Positions 8,162 to 16,111 of a DNA stretch of 31,474 nucleotides are shown piece by piece. This DNA comes from Nitrospirota bacterium (GTDB lineage: Bacteria; Nitrospirota; UBA9217), in contig JAOUEV010000044.1 of the NCBI GenBank assembly GCA_029858565.1, forward strand, positions 1-31,474, in the 5' to 3' direction. The position numbers and the translations under genes are program-made. A model generated the notes under the pieces. That model did no database searches. It saw only the letters and a list, made by a program, of their open reading frames with translations, and was not told the origin of the DNA. Positions within the stretch are counted from its first letter, which is position 1; each line of letters opens with the position of its first letter.

Positions 8162-8791
8162 TCACGGCCCGACCGTTGCCTGCACCGTGCGGCTCGCAGC
8201 CCCGGCCGTGCCGGTTGACGTGATAACGCATTGGGTCACCGCGGCGCCCCCGGAATGCGCCGACGCTGCGGGGGGAGGAGCCCACCCCCGTGAGCAGCCG
8301 GTGAAGCTGGGACCGAGGATTGCCGTGCAGTACAAATGTTCCGCTCCGATCGTGATAACGCCGGGGATGAAGAAGCCGACGGGCGCCGCGGTCAGCGGGA
8401 CCGTGGTCGTCGCTGCATCCATCGTGTTCGCCACGGCAGTTGCAAGCTGGGAAACGGTCGTAAAGGTCCCCGGCCCGAGCGCGATCCCCGGATAAGTATA
8501 GGAGCACGTCCCGCCCGTCGTGAGCGCGTACTGCAGCCCGGCTTCGGCAAGGGAGAGCGCCTGGGCGGACTGAAGATCGCTAACGGCCGTCAGGCTGCCG
8601 GTGCCGATCATCGAGACGAAGATCACGCCCATGAAGGAGAGCGCCAGGATGATAAAGAGCGCCGCGATGAGCGAAACGCCCCTCGATTGCAGATTGCGGC
8701 TTGCGAACGACGCAGCCTGACGCGGGCTCTGATCATCCTGCTCACCATCCGCATTCCGCAATCCGCAATCCGCAACTGGATCATTCCGCAT
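8162..8791 (-). CDS. PilX/MshP-like minor pilin
   Basis: RG|VSLIAALFII (no Glu5, as in the PilX/GspK class) and QALSLAEAGLQYA motif. Confidence 0.82.
   Translation of the reverse strand: MRNDPVADCGLRNADGEQDDQSPRQAASFASRNLQSRGVSLIAALFIILALSFMGVIFVSMIGTGSLTAVSDLQSAQALSLAEAGLQYALTTGGTCSYTYPGIALGPGTFTTVSQLATAVANTMDAATTTVPLTAAPVGFFIPGVITIGAEHLYCTAILGPSFTGCSRGWAPPPAASAHSGGAAVTQCVITSTGTAGAASRTVQATVGP
8684..8791. repeat. Inverted heptamer arrays (GATTGCG)n...(CGCAATC)n in a prepilin leader
   Basis: cgattgcagattgcggcttgcg at 8684 and atccgcattccgcaatccgcaatccgcaa at about 8747-8775. Confidence 0.8.
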
Positions 8792-9349
8792 TTAGAAGTT
8801 CCTCGGATGGACCCGCGTGCGCATATCGAACGTCTCTCCGCCCGCCGATGCGGTCATGGTGATCTCGACGAACCAGAGGTCCGCCGGCGAAGCAGCCGTC
8901 ACGCCGTCCTGCTGATAGTAGTTGAAGGTGAACGCGGTTATGCCCGAAGCCAGCAGATCATTTGAAGCCCCGTTCCACCGGCTGAGCACCGGACCGGCCC
9001 AGCTGAAACCGATAGTCGCGCCGGTCACGTCGATGAAGCGCAGGTCATTGTTCGCCATGGTGATGATATCCGCCCCCTGGCTCCTGATCAGCCGGATCTC
9101 CCGCGCCATCCGCTCCATGGCGATCCGCGCCTGGTAATGCGCGTCGCTGCGGGTCTGTTCGCCGGAATAGGACCGCACGCCCTGCAGAATAATCATTGCC
9201 GCGATCCCCGAGAGAACACCGATGAGCACGATCGTGATCACGATCTCGACGAGCGTGAAGCCGTTCGATTGCGGATTGCGGATTTCGGATTGCGCATTTG
9301 CGGCTCCGAACGCCGAACGCCGAACGCCGATCTTTTTACCGACTTGCAT
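8792..9349 (-). CDS. MshO/PilW-like minor pilin
   Basis: NG|FTLVEIVITIVLIGVLSGIAA type IV motif; ARIAMERMAREIR; ends RVHPRNF. Confidence 0.85.
   Translation of the reverse strand: MQVGKKIGVRRSAFGAANAQSEIRNPQSNGFTLVEIVITIVLIGVLSGIAAMIILQGVRSYSGEQTRSDAHYQARIAMERMAREIRLIRSQGADIITMANNDLRFIDVTGATIGFSWAGPVLSRWNGASNDLLASGITAFTFNYYQQDGVTAASPADLWFVEITMTASAGGETFDMRTRVHPRNF
9266..9330. repeat. Heptamer arrays (GATTGCG)4 and (CCGAACG)3 in a prepilin leader
   Basis: cgattgcggattgcggatttcggattgcg then ccgaacgccgaacgccgaacgccga; encodes RRSAFGAANAQSEIRNPQS. Confidence 0.82.
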
Positions 9350-9361
9350 TTGTGGCTCCTG

Positions 9362-9862
9362 CTAATACTCCGTCACCAGCGTCGCCAGGCTCACGCTGCC
9401 GGTCACGGCGTGCGTTACCGTCACGGTCACGATCTTGTATCCGGCAGTGCATGCCGCCGGCGCGAGCGCAGCGTCCACGCACGATACCGTCCGTGCCCAC
9501 GCAAACGCGCCATAGGGCGCGCCGAAGAACCCTCCGGGATCAGCGGCCACGGCGGCGTATCCGCCCGACTTTCTCAACGCGATCGCTTCGTCCATCTTTT
9601 CCTGCGCAAGCGAAATCGCCTGGTTCAGGAGCAGGGGGTCTGCGCCGCCCTTGCTGCCGACCGTAAAGACCGAGAGCACCCCGACCATGGCGATCGAAAG
9701 CACTACAAGGGTGATGATGGTTTCAATCAGGGTGAACCCTTTAGCGCTGGTTTTATCTTTGATAGGACAATCCACCAGGCGTTCTGGATTTGCAGGGCTA
9801 ATGGCCCCAGGCCACGTCGAGCCCTGCCCTGCAACCTTGTGCCATATATTTTTTCGTTTCAT
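9362..9862 (-). CDS. MshD/PilV-like minor pilin
   Basis: KG|FTLIETIITLVVLSIA, ADPLLLNQAISLAQEKMDE, YKIVTVTV; ATG at 9862 overlaps the upstream stop (TGATG). Confidence 0.85.
   Translation of the reverse strand: MKRKNIWHKVAGQGSTWPGAISPANPERLVDCPIKDKTSAKGFTLIETIITLVVLSIAMVGVLSVFTVGSKGGADPLLLNQAISLAQEKMDEAIALRKSGGYAAVAADPGGFFGAPYGAFAWARTVSCVDAALAPAACTAGYKIVTVTVTHAVTGSVSLATLVTEY
9792..9830. repeat. 39-bp REP-like palindrome, copy 1 (in prepilin leader)
   Basis: GCAGGGCT aa TGGCC cca GGCCA cgtcg AGCCCTGC cct; one mismatch to 12725-12763. Confidence 0.8.
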
Positions 9863-10341
9863 CAATTCACCGCCCCGGTCCGGTCCGTTACCGTCACGGT
9901 CGTTCCCGCAGGCGATATGGTCAATATGGTCCCGCCGCCCAGCGTGGGCCTGCCGAAGGAATCGAATTCGAGCGTGACGGCGGGCGCAACCGTGATACCC
10001 GCATACTCCCCGGCGTCCAGGACGACGCTCAGGTTTCCGCTTCCCGCAGGGTCCCGCGCCACCTCGCCGGGATCGCCCCAAACCGTGTTGCCGTTTGCAT
10101 CGTTCATGACCGCGTAACCGGGGTTCGGCCCGGGAGCGGTGTTCACAAAAACCCGGTATCGCCGGTTCTCGGTCATGGCCAGAGTCTGGGCATAGCGGAT
10201 ATCGGCTTTGAGCTTGTCCGTGAATGCCCCGCCACGCGTCGCCGTTATACTCGGCAGCCTCGGCGCGACAAACAGCGCTACGATGCCGATCAGGACGATG
10301 ATCATGACGAGTTCTATGAGGGTGAAGCCCTTTTGTGTCAT
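9862..10341 (-). CDS. MshC/FimT-like minor pilin
   Basis: MTQKG|FTLIELVMIIVLIGIVALFVAPR, DIRYAQTLAM, FDSFGRP, TVTDRTG. Confidence 0.87.
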   Translation of the reverse strand: MTQKGFTLIELVMIIVLIGIVALFVAPRLPSITATRGGAFTDKLKADIRYAQTLAMTENRRYRVFVNTAPGPNPGYAVMNDANGNTVWGDPGEVARDPAGSGNLSVVLDAGEYAGITVAPAVTLEFDSFGRPTLGGGTILTISPAGTTVTVTDRTGAVN

Positions 10342-10358
10342 GCGCCTGTTAAGATCGC

Positions 10359-10392
10359 AAAAAAGGCAGGCGAGTTGGACCCGCCCGCCTTT
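10359..10392 (-). terminator. Intrinsic terminator after the major pilin
   Basis: Minus strand GGCGGGCGGGT-CCA-ACTCGCCTGCC followed by TTTTTT, about 60 nt after the pilin stop. Confidence 0.8.
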
Positions 10393-10449
10393 CCGGATAA
10401 CGGTATGCAGGAAATCATGATCAGCCATCGTCGTGCGCCATGCGAATTG

Positions 10450-10836
10450 TCAATCGCTCGTAAGATTAAGCGCATTGAGGTCGGCGGTGCTGCATCCCGC
10501 TGCGGGATTTCCCCCCGTCAACGTGACATCTATGACGCCCGCCGCTGCGCCTGCCACGGCGGTCCATCCTTGCTTCGTTGTCGCGGCGATCACTTCCGCG
10601 CGCGTCGCCGGAGTGCCGCGACCCGCCACCTTTACCCCGGCGGTGGCAGGGATGGCCACGAGAATGCCCGCGCTCGACAGTAACCCTCCGCGCGCTCCGT
10701 CGCATGCCGCGACCCGCGCTTCCTCTGCCATGTCGACATACCTCGGTATCGCCACCGCCGCCAGAATCCCGAGAATCACGATGACAATTACCAGTTCGAT
10801 GAGCGTAAAACCTTTCTGTGACTTCAACGTTATCAT
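10450..10836 (-). CDS. Major pilin, MshA-like (128 aa)
   Basis: QKG|FTLIELVIVIVILGILAAVAIPRY; strong AAGGAGG RBS; own terminator; two Cys. Confidence 0.88.
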   Translation of the reverse strand: MITLKSQKGFTLIELVIVIVILGILAAVAIPRYVDMAEEARVAACDGARGGLLSSAGILVAIPATAGVKVAGRGTPATRAEVIAATTKQGWTAVAGAAAGVIDVTLTGGNPAAGCSTADLNALNLTSD

Positions 10837-10894
10837 GTCGCGCCTCCTTTTCGTTCAGGACAATTAATTCCTTATTAATTCCGCGGCCAAGTTC

Positions 10895-11311
10895 CTACCA
10901 CTTCTCGAATCCCTTTGTTGTCGTCCTCACCTCCCCCTTGTACGGTTCATATTCAAATCTGTTGCCGAAAGCGTCGAGCACGTTTCTTTCCTCATCTATC
11001 GCGTGAGGCATCAGGTACTTTTGTTTGAAGAAAGATCCGGTGTATGCATCCGGCCCGATCCGCGCCGGGAGCATGACGTTCTTTTCGATCAGTTCCCTGA
11101 GACTCCGGGGGTTCCGGCCGTTCAGAAGACGGAACAATTCGATGCTCGTCCGGATATTCACCAATTCGGCCTTGAGCGCCGTTTCCTGAGCCTCCCGGGC
11201 CAGCCGCTGATACCGGGGGATCACGACGCCGATCAGGATGCCGATGAGGCACAGGGTGATGACCGTATCGAGCGTCGTGAGGCCTTTGTTTTTTCCGGCG
11301 CAATATGGCAC
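10895..11311 (-). CDS. Pilin/pseudopilin-like protein with non-canonical N-terminus (GspG-like features)
   Basis: KG|LTTLDTVITLCLIGILIGVVIPRY, A.ETALK..L..IR..I..F....G..P.SL.EL, DAFGNRFEY. Confidence 0.78.
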   Translation of the reverse strand: MPYCAGKNKGLTTLDTVITLCLIGILIGVVIPRYQRLAREAQETALKAELVNIRTSIELFRLLNGRNPRSLRELIEKNVMLPARIGPDAYTGSFFKQKYLMPHAIDEERNVLDAFGNRFEYEPYKGEVRTTTKGFEKW

Positions 11312-11378
11312 CCGCCCCGCCTCCGGCGCCCCGCCCGCGGTTTCAAAGCGCCGGCGATAGCCCTCTCTTTAGTTCCTA

Positions 11379-11415
11379 ATGATAGCATAAAAAAAACAAC
11401 TAAATTCGCAGCTGC
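11379..11415 (-). promoter_or_regulatory. Candidate internal promoter for the pilin genes
   Basis: AT-rich island in the pilC-pilin gap with extended -10 TGcTATCAT (11387-11379); no clear -35. Confidence 0.45.
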
Positions 11416-11479
11416 AAAATAATGCGGTATATTCCCCGGCCCAGCGGAGGAACTCCGGCCTCCCGCGATCCTTCGCGCC

Positions 11480-12700
11480 TTACTTCCTGAACAAGGTCAT
11501 CATGTCCCACATTGGCAGGAAAATGCCGAGCGCCAGGAACAGCACCATGCCGCCCACGAACAGAAGCAGGATCGGCTCGATCATGGTCGAAAGGTTCCGG
11601 AGCGTGTACTCCACGTCCCTGTCGTAGTACTCCGACACCTTGTGCAGCATCACGTCCAGGTTCCCCGACTCCCCGCCAACGGCCGTCATTTGGATCACCA
11701 GGGGCGGAAAGAGCCCCGAGGCCTCCATCGGCCCCTCCAGGGTCGCTCCCTGCCGCAGCTGGTCGCGCAAATCCTCCACAACACGGGCGATCACCACGTT
11801 TCCGACGGTGCCGGCCACAATCTCCAGCGTCGTATCCATGGGAAGCCCGCTCTTCTGGAGCGCCGAGAACACCCTTGCAAACCGGGAGAGCGCGACCTTG
11901 TGGAACAGAGGGCCGAACACCGGCAGTTTCAGCTTCATCTGGTCCCATTGCCGCCTTCCGACCGGGGTCTTCAGATACCACGCCACCGCGGCCGCGAGCG
12001 CAACGATGCCTATGAGCAGAAAGAACCAGTGGTTCTGGACCGCCTGGTTGATGCCGATCAGCAGGCGGGTGGGAAACGGCAACTCCGTTTTGAAGCGCGC
12101 AAAGATCGCCGCGAACTTCGGGATCACGAAGCTGACCAGGAACGCGAAGGCGGCGCAGACGGCGATCACCACGATCAAGGGGTAGCGCACGGCGGTCTGG
12201 ACCCGCGCCCGGGTGTCCGCGTCGTGCTCCGCGAGCGTCGAGAGACGGTCCAGGACGTCGTCGAGGATGCCGGCGGTCTCCCCGGCCCGGACCATGCTCA
12301 CATACATTCCGCTGAACGCCGCGGGGTGGCGGGACAGTGCGTCGGACAGCGACGTTCCGCGCTCCAGATCGGCCCGGACCTCAGCGACAATCGCCTTAAG
12401 CCGGGGATTCACGAGCTGCCGGTCGATGGTCGTCATGCTCTGCAACAGGGGGATCCCGGCGCTCACCAGGGTGGAAAGCTGCCGGCTGAAGAGGATGATG
12501 TCGCGAGAGTCGATCCGCTGAAAGCCGGCGGCAAGCAGGCCGAACGACAGGCCAGACGCCGATTCCCGCTCCTCGATCGAGACCGGAATCAAGCCGTGGC
12601 TCTGCACCTGCTCCGCCACAGCCTCCTTCCGGCCCGCCTCAATGGTCCCGGTCCGCAGGTTCCCCTCGCGGTCCCGCGCTTTGTATTGATACAGCGGCAA
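11480..12700 (-). CDS. pilC: Platform protein PilC/MshG/GspF family
   Basis: (M)PLYQYKARD, FSRQLSTLVSAGIPL, AGETAG.LD, VGGESGNLD, IEP, IFLPMW; TTG start at 12700 behind GGAGG. Confidence 0.92.
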   Translation of the reverse strand: MPLYQYKARDREGNLRTGTIEAGRKEAVAEQVQSHGLIPVSIEERESASGLSFGLLAAGFQRIDSRDIILFSRQLSTLVSAGIPLLQSMTTIDRQLVNPRLKAIVAEVRADLERGTSLSDALSRHPAAFSGMYVSMVRAGETAGILDDVLDRLSTLAEHDADTRARVQTAVRYPLIVVIAVCAAFAFLVSFVIPKFAAIFARFKTELPFPTRLLIGINQAVQNHWFFLLIGIVALAAAVAWYLKTPVGRRQWDQMKLKLPVFGPLFHKVALSRFARVFSALQKSGLPMDTTLEIVAGTVGNVVIARVVEDLRDQLRQGATLEGPMEASGLFPPLVIQMTAVGGESGNLDVMLHKVSEYYDRDVEYTLRNLSTMIEPILLLFVGGMVLFLALGIFLPMWDMMTLFRK

Positions 12701-12724
12701 GGATGCCTTTCCTCCCCAGTATTC

Positions 12725-12763
12725 GCAGGGCTGATGGCCCCAGGCCACGTCGAGCCCTGCCCT
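12725..12763. repeat. 39-bp REP-like palindrome, copy 2 (pilB-pilC gap)
   Basis: gcagggctgatggccccaggccacgtcgagccctgccct. Confidence 0.8.
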
Positions 12764-12782
12764 AGCTCTTTTTTTCTGCCTC

Positions 12783-14531
12783 CTACATATCCGCTTCCTG
12801 GGTCACGCGCAGCACCTCTTCGACGGTCGTGAGCCCTTCCGCCGCCTTGAGCAAGCCCTCCTGCCGCAGGGGCCTGCACCCTCCCTGGAATGCCGTTGCC
12901 CGGATCTCGGCAACCGGCGCCTTCGCCATGATCCGGCTGCGCACGGCTTCGTTCAGGAGAATAAGCTCGAAAATGCCGAGTCTCCCCCGGTAGCCGGTTC
13001 CCTTGCACGCAACGCACCCCTTGCCCCGATAAAACAACGGGGGAGATGCGGTCATGCCGAGCTCCGCCAGCATCTCGGGCGTCGCGGGATAGGAGGTCTT
13101 GCAGTTGTCGCAGATCTTCCGGACCAGGCGTTGCGCTATGATCCCGATGGTCGAGGAAGCGATGAGAAAGGGCTCGATCCCCATGTCCACGAGCCGCGTC
13201 GCCGCTCCGGCCGCGTCGTTCGTGTGGAGCGTGGAAAACACCAGATGGCCCGTAAGGGCCGCGTGGATGGCGATTTCGGCGGTTTCCCGGTCCCGGATCT
13301 CGCCGACCATGATCACGTCGGGGTCCTGCCGCAGAATGGAGCGCAGGCCGTCGGCGAAGGTGACCCCGGCTTTGGGATTTACCTGCACCTGGTTCATGCC
13401 CATGAGCTGGTATTCGACCGGGTCCTCCACGGTTACGATGTTCATCGCTTTCCGGTCCAACGCGACCAGGCTTGCATAGAGCGTCGTGGTTTTGCCGCTG
13501 CCCGTCGGGCCGGTCACCAGGATCATCCCGTAGGGCCTCCGGATGAGCTTTCGGTAGCAGTCCAGCATCTCGGGTGTGAACCGGAGACCGCCGAGGTCGG
13601 TGATGATGGCGCTCCTTTCGAGAATGCGCATGACCACGTTCTCTCCCTGGAGCACCGGCAGTGTCGAGACCCGCACGTCCACCCTCGTGTCGCCGGCGAG
13701 GCGCAAGGCGTTGCGCTCGCTGAAAAAAGACGTAACCATCGGCCCGGCCTCGGTTTGGACGATCAAAGCCTGAAAGCGTCCGTCTTGCGGTACGCGGCGC
13801 TCGGCAATGTCCATCTGCGCTAATATCTTGATGCGTGACACGATGGGCGCAAGCATCTCCCGGGGGAGCGTTTTGACTTGCTGCAGCACGCCGTCGATCC
13901 GAAATCGCACCTGGATATGCCTTCCCTCAGGGTCGACATGAATGTCGCTCGCCCGGTCCATAATGGCCTGGGCGAGCAGCATGCTCACCAGCTTCACAAC
14001 CGGAGATTCGTCGGTTGCGGCGGTCACGGGCGCAGCTTCAGCGGCCGCCGAGGCGCCGAACTCCCTTTCAGCCTCCTCGATCGCCGGAGCCATGCCGTAA
14101 TACTTGCTCACGGCCCTGAGAATATCGGTCCGCTCAGCCACCCGGAGCTCGATGTCGAGTTTAGTCTCCTTGGTGAGATCGTCGACGCCGTAGATATTCA
14201 GGGGGTCCGCCATCGCGACAATGAGCGTGTCCTTGTCGCGGTACAGGGGAAGGGCGCTGAGGCGCTGGGCCATGGCGGCGGGAACGAGCTTCGTCACATC
14301 GGGGTCGATCAACTGGCGCTCGATCTCCACGTAGGGGATGTGCAGTTGCTTGCTCAGGAACGCAGCCAGGTTGCGTTCGGTGAGGAATCCCAGATCGATC
14401 AGGATCTCGCCGATCCGTCCGCCCCGCCGCTTCTGCTCTTCCAGCGCCTTTGCCAGCTGGTCTTCCTTCAGCAGGCCGCCCGCGATGAGCATCTCGCCGA
14501 GCATTTGTTTCTTGGTTTCCCCGACAGCCAT
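12783..14531 (-). CDS. pilB: Extension ATPase PilB/MshE/GspE with N-terminal MshEN-like domain
   Basis: LGEMLIAGGLL....L..AL..Q...RIGEILIDLG; ASDIH; GPTGSGKTTT; TVEDPVEY; LRQDPDVIMVGEIRD; TGHLVFSTLHTN; two CxxC. Confidence 0.95.
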   Translation of the reverse strand: MAVGETKKQMLGEMLIAGGLLKEDQLAKALEEQKRRGGRIGEILIDLGFLTERNLAAFLSKQLHIPYVEIERQLIDPDVTKLVPAAMAQRLSALPLYRDKDTLIVAMADPLNIYGVDDLTKETKLDIELRVAERTDILRAVSKYYGMAPAIEEAEREFGASAAAEAAPVTAATDESPVVKLVSMLLAQAIMDRASDIHVDPEGRHIQVRFRIDGVLQQVKTLPREMLAPIVSRIKILAQMDIAERRVPQDGRFQALIVQTEAGPMVTSFFSERNALRLAGDTRVDVRVSTLPVLQGENVVMRILERSAIITDLGGLRFTPEMLDCYRKLIRRPYGMILVTGPTGSGKTTTLYASLVALDRKAMNIVTVEDPVEYQLMGMNQVQVNPKAGVTFADGLRSILRQDPDVIMVGEIRDRETAEIAIHAALTGHLVFSTLHTNDAAGAATRLVDMGIEPFLIASSTIGIIAQRLVRKICDNCKTSYPATPEMLAELGMTASPPLFYRGKGCVACKGTGYRGRLGIFELILLNEAVRSRIMAKAPVAEIRATAFQGGCRPLRQEGLLKAAEGLTTVEEVLRVTQEADM

Positions 14532-14586
14532 TGACCGTTCCTTCCCCCAGAGGATGACGTGCTTTGTTCACTCCGTAATGCTCCCT

Positions 14587-14753
14587 ATTGTAGCATATTT
14601 CTTCCCCGCGCTTTCAGCATGCAGGGCAGGACGTTGAACGGCATCGGGTTTTCGCAGCCGGCAATGCGCGCCACTACCCTGAAAATACCCCACAATTAAC
14701 TGCGTTCTACTGCCGCACATACGGTAAAATCGCGTTTTTTATGATACTATAAT
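14587..14753. promoter_or_regulatory. Divergent promoter region between pilB and the NarL-family gene
   Basis: Extended -10 TGcTACAAT on minus (14595-14587); TATAAT on plus (14748-14753). Confidence 0.5.
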
Positions 14754-14803
14754 TTCACTGGCAGCCGCTCCTACTCGCTGCCGCGAAGCAGGCCTAGAAT
14801 CTT

Positions 14804-15460
14804 ATGAAAACCATAACCATACTTCTCGCAGACGATCATGCCATCCTTCGGAAAGGGCTCTCTGCCCTCTTTGAAGAGCACCGGCCGTTCATGGAAGTTG
14901 TCGGAGAAGCAAAAGACGGAAGAACGGCCGTCCAACTCGCAAAAAAACTCCATCCCCAGATCGTTCTCATGGATATTGCCCTGCCTGAACTAAACGGAGT
15001 GGACGCCACGCGAATAATCACCGCCGAGTGCCACGGCGTAAAGGTCATCGCCCTCTCCATGCACAACGAACTGCATTTTGTCGTGGAAATGCTGCGGGCA
15101 GGCGCCTCGGGGTATCTTCTCAAAGAATGCTCCAGCGAGGACCTGATAGATGCCATCAGGTCCGTGATCGCCGGCAGATGCTATATCAGCGGCAGCCTCG
15201 CCGGTTCCCTGCTGACGAATTCCACAGCCGACAACATTCCGTGGCGCAATCTCTCGGCATTCTCCCTCCTGTCCGCCCGCGAACGGGAAGTGCTCCATCT
15301 CCTGACAGAAGGAAAAAACACCCGCGCGATCGCCGTTTGTCTTGGCATCGGCGTCAAGACCGTGGAGACCCACCGCCAGCATCTCATGAAGAAGCTCCAG
15401 ATCGACAATCTTCCGCAGCTCACCAAGTATGCCATTCGCGAATCGATTGTCCCGCTCTAG
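14804..15460 (+). CDS. NarL/FixJ-family response regulator (REC + LuxR HTH)
   Basis: LADDH, LMDIALP, LSMH, GYLLK; LSAREREVL...KTVETHRQHLMKKL. Confidence 0.95.
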   Translation: MKTITILLADDHAILRKGLSALFEEHRPFMEVVGEAKDGRTAVQLAKKLHPQIVLMDIALPELNGVDATRIITAECHGVKVIALSMHNELHFVVEMLRAGASGYLLKECSSEDLIDAIRSVIAGRCYISGSLAGSLLTNSTADNIPWRNLSAFSLLSAREREVLHLLTEGKNTRAIAVCLGIGVKTVETHRQHLMKKLQIDNLPQLTKYAIRESIVPL

Positions 15461-15640
15461 TATTTCTCCGAAAAAGTCCTGAACATGACCGCCTCGCCCT
15501 GCCGCGCGCGGAGATGAATCCGGCACGTTCGATGTCCTGCGGTCCGTCGCTGCGTTCGGAGCCCGCCCCGACGCCGCCCGGCGGAGGAAACTCCGCACGC
15601 ACGGCATCACGCTCCCGCCGGAACAAAGGAACCCTCCCCA

Positions 15641-15746
15641 AAAAACCTCGGGGATTTCCTGACCTCCTTATCAGGGATCTCCCGATTGTCAATGCTGCAA
15701 CCGCCTGCTATCGTTAAACATGCGGTAATGCACGGGGAGTCCGCGT
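15641..15746 (+). promoter_or_regulatory. Sigma70-type promoter with two tandem 17-bp palindromic operators (paralogue of 1204-1310)
   Basis: CTCGGGGATTTCCTGAC (15647-15663), ATCAGGGATCTCCCGAT (15670-15686), -35 TTGTCA (15686-15691), 17 bp, TGc-TATCGT (15709-15714). Confidence 0.75.
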
Positions 15747-15837
15747 CGGCCGCCGTTGTTCGCCGCGCATTTCCGCAATCCGACACGCGGTGGAACGATC
15801 GACCCCAGACACAGGGCATCCGCCGGAAGGATCGGAG

Positions 15838-16111
15838 ATGACGCCAGAGCGGCGGCGAAGCGCATCGGGAGGGCTGGCGAGATCTGAACCGTAACAACCG
15901 AAATCCGGCTCTCGGACACGGAAGGACGACGCCCTTACGAAAGACATCCCCGTGATCGACGCCAGCGCCAGCTACGGCGAAAGCGCGCAAAGCATCACCC
16001 CCACGCTTGCCGTGGACGGGTTTCGTCGCCTAGCCCGTCCAGCGCGAAAGATTCATGCTGGAGCTGGACCGGGTGCAGCAGGGAAAATGGCCGGGAATTG
16101 AGGTGTGCAGC
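15838..16111 (+). pseudogene. Decayed receiver-domain gene
   Basis: KDDALTKDIPVIDASA...LAVDG, a frameshift, then FVA*PVQRERFMLELDRV with TAG (16031-16033) where the conserved Lys of the REC KP motif is expected. The 5' limit is uncertain. Confidence 0.62.

Noticed and set aside
9863-10081. N-terminal extensions called by the ORF track (also 4199-4468, 10342-10428, 12701-12748, 16055-16111)
   Set aside because: They overlap neighbouring genes, a terminator, a repeat or a pseudogene; RBS position and stop-start coupling support the shorter starts.
10450-10836. Major pilin as a conductive e-pilin, given the nearby cytochromes
   Set aside because: The mature pilin is ~119 aa with only three aromatic residues (F, Y, W), unlike the short, aromatic-dense pilins proposed to conduct.
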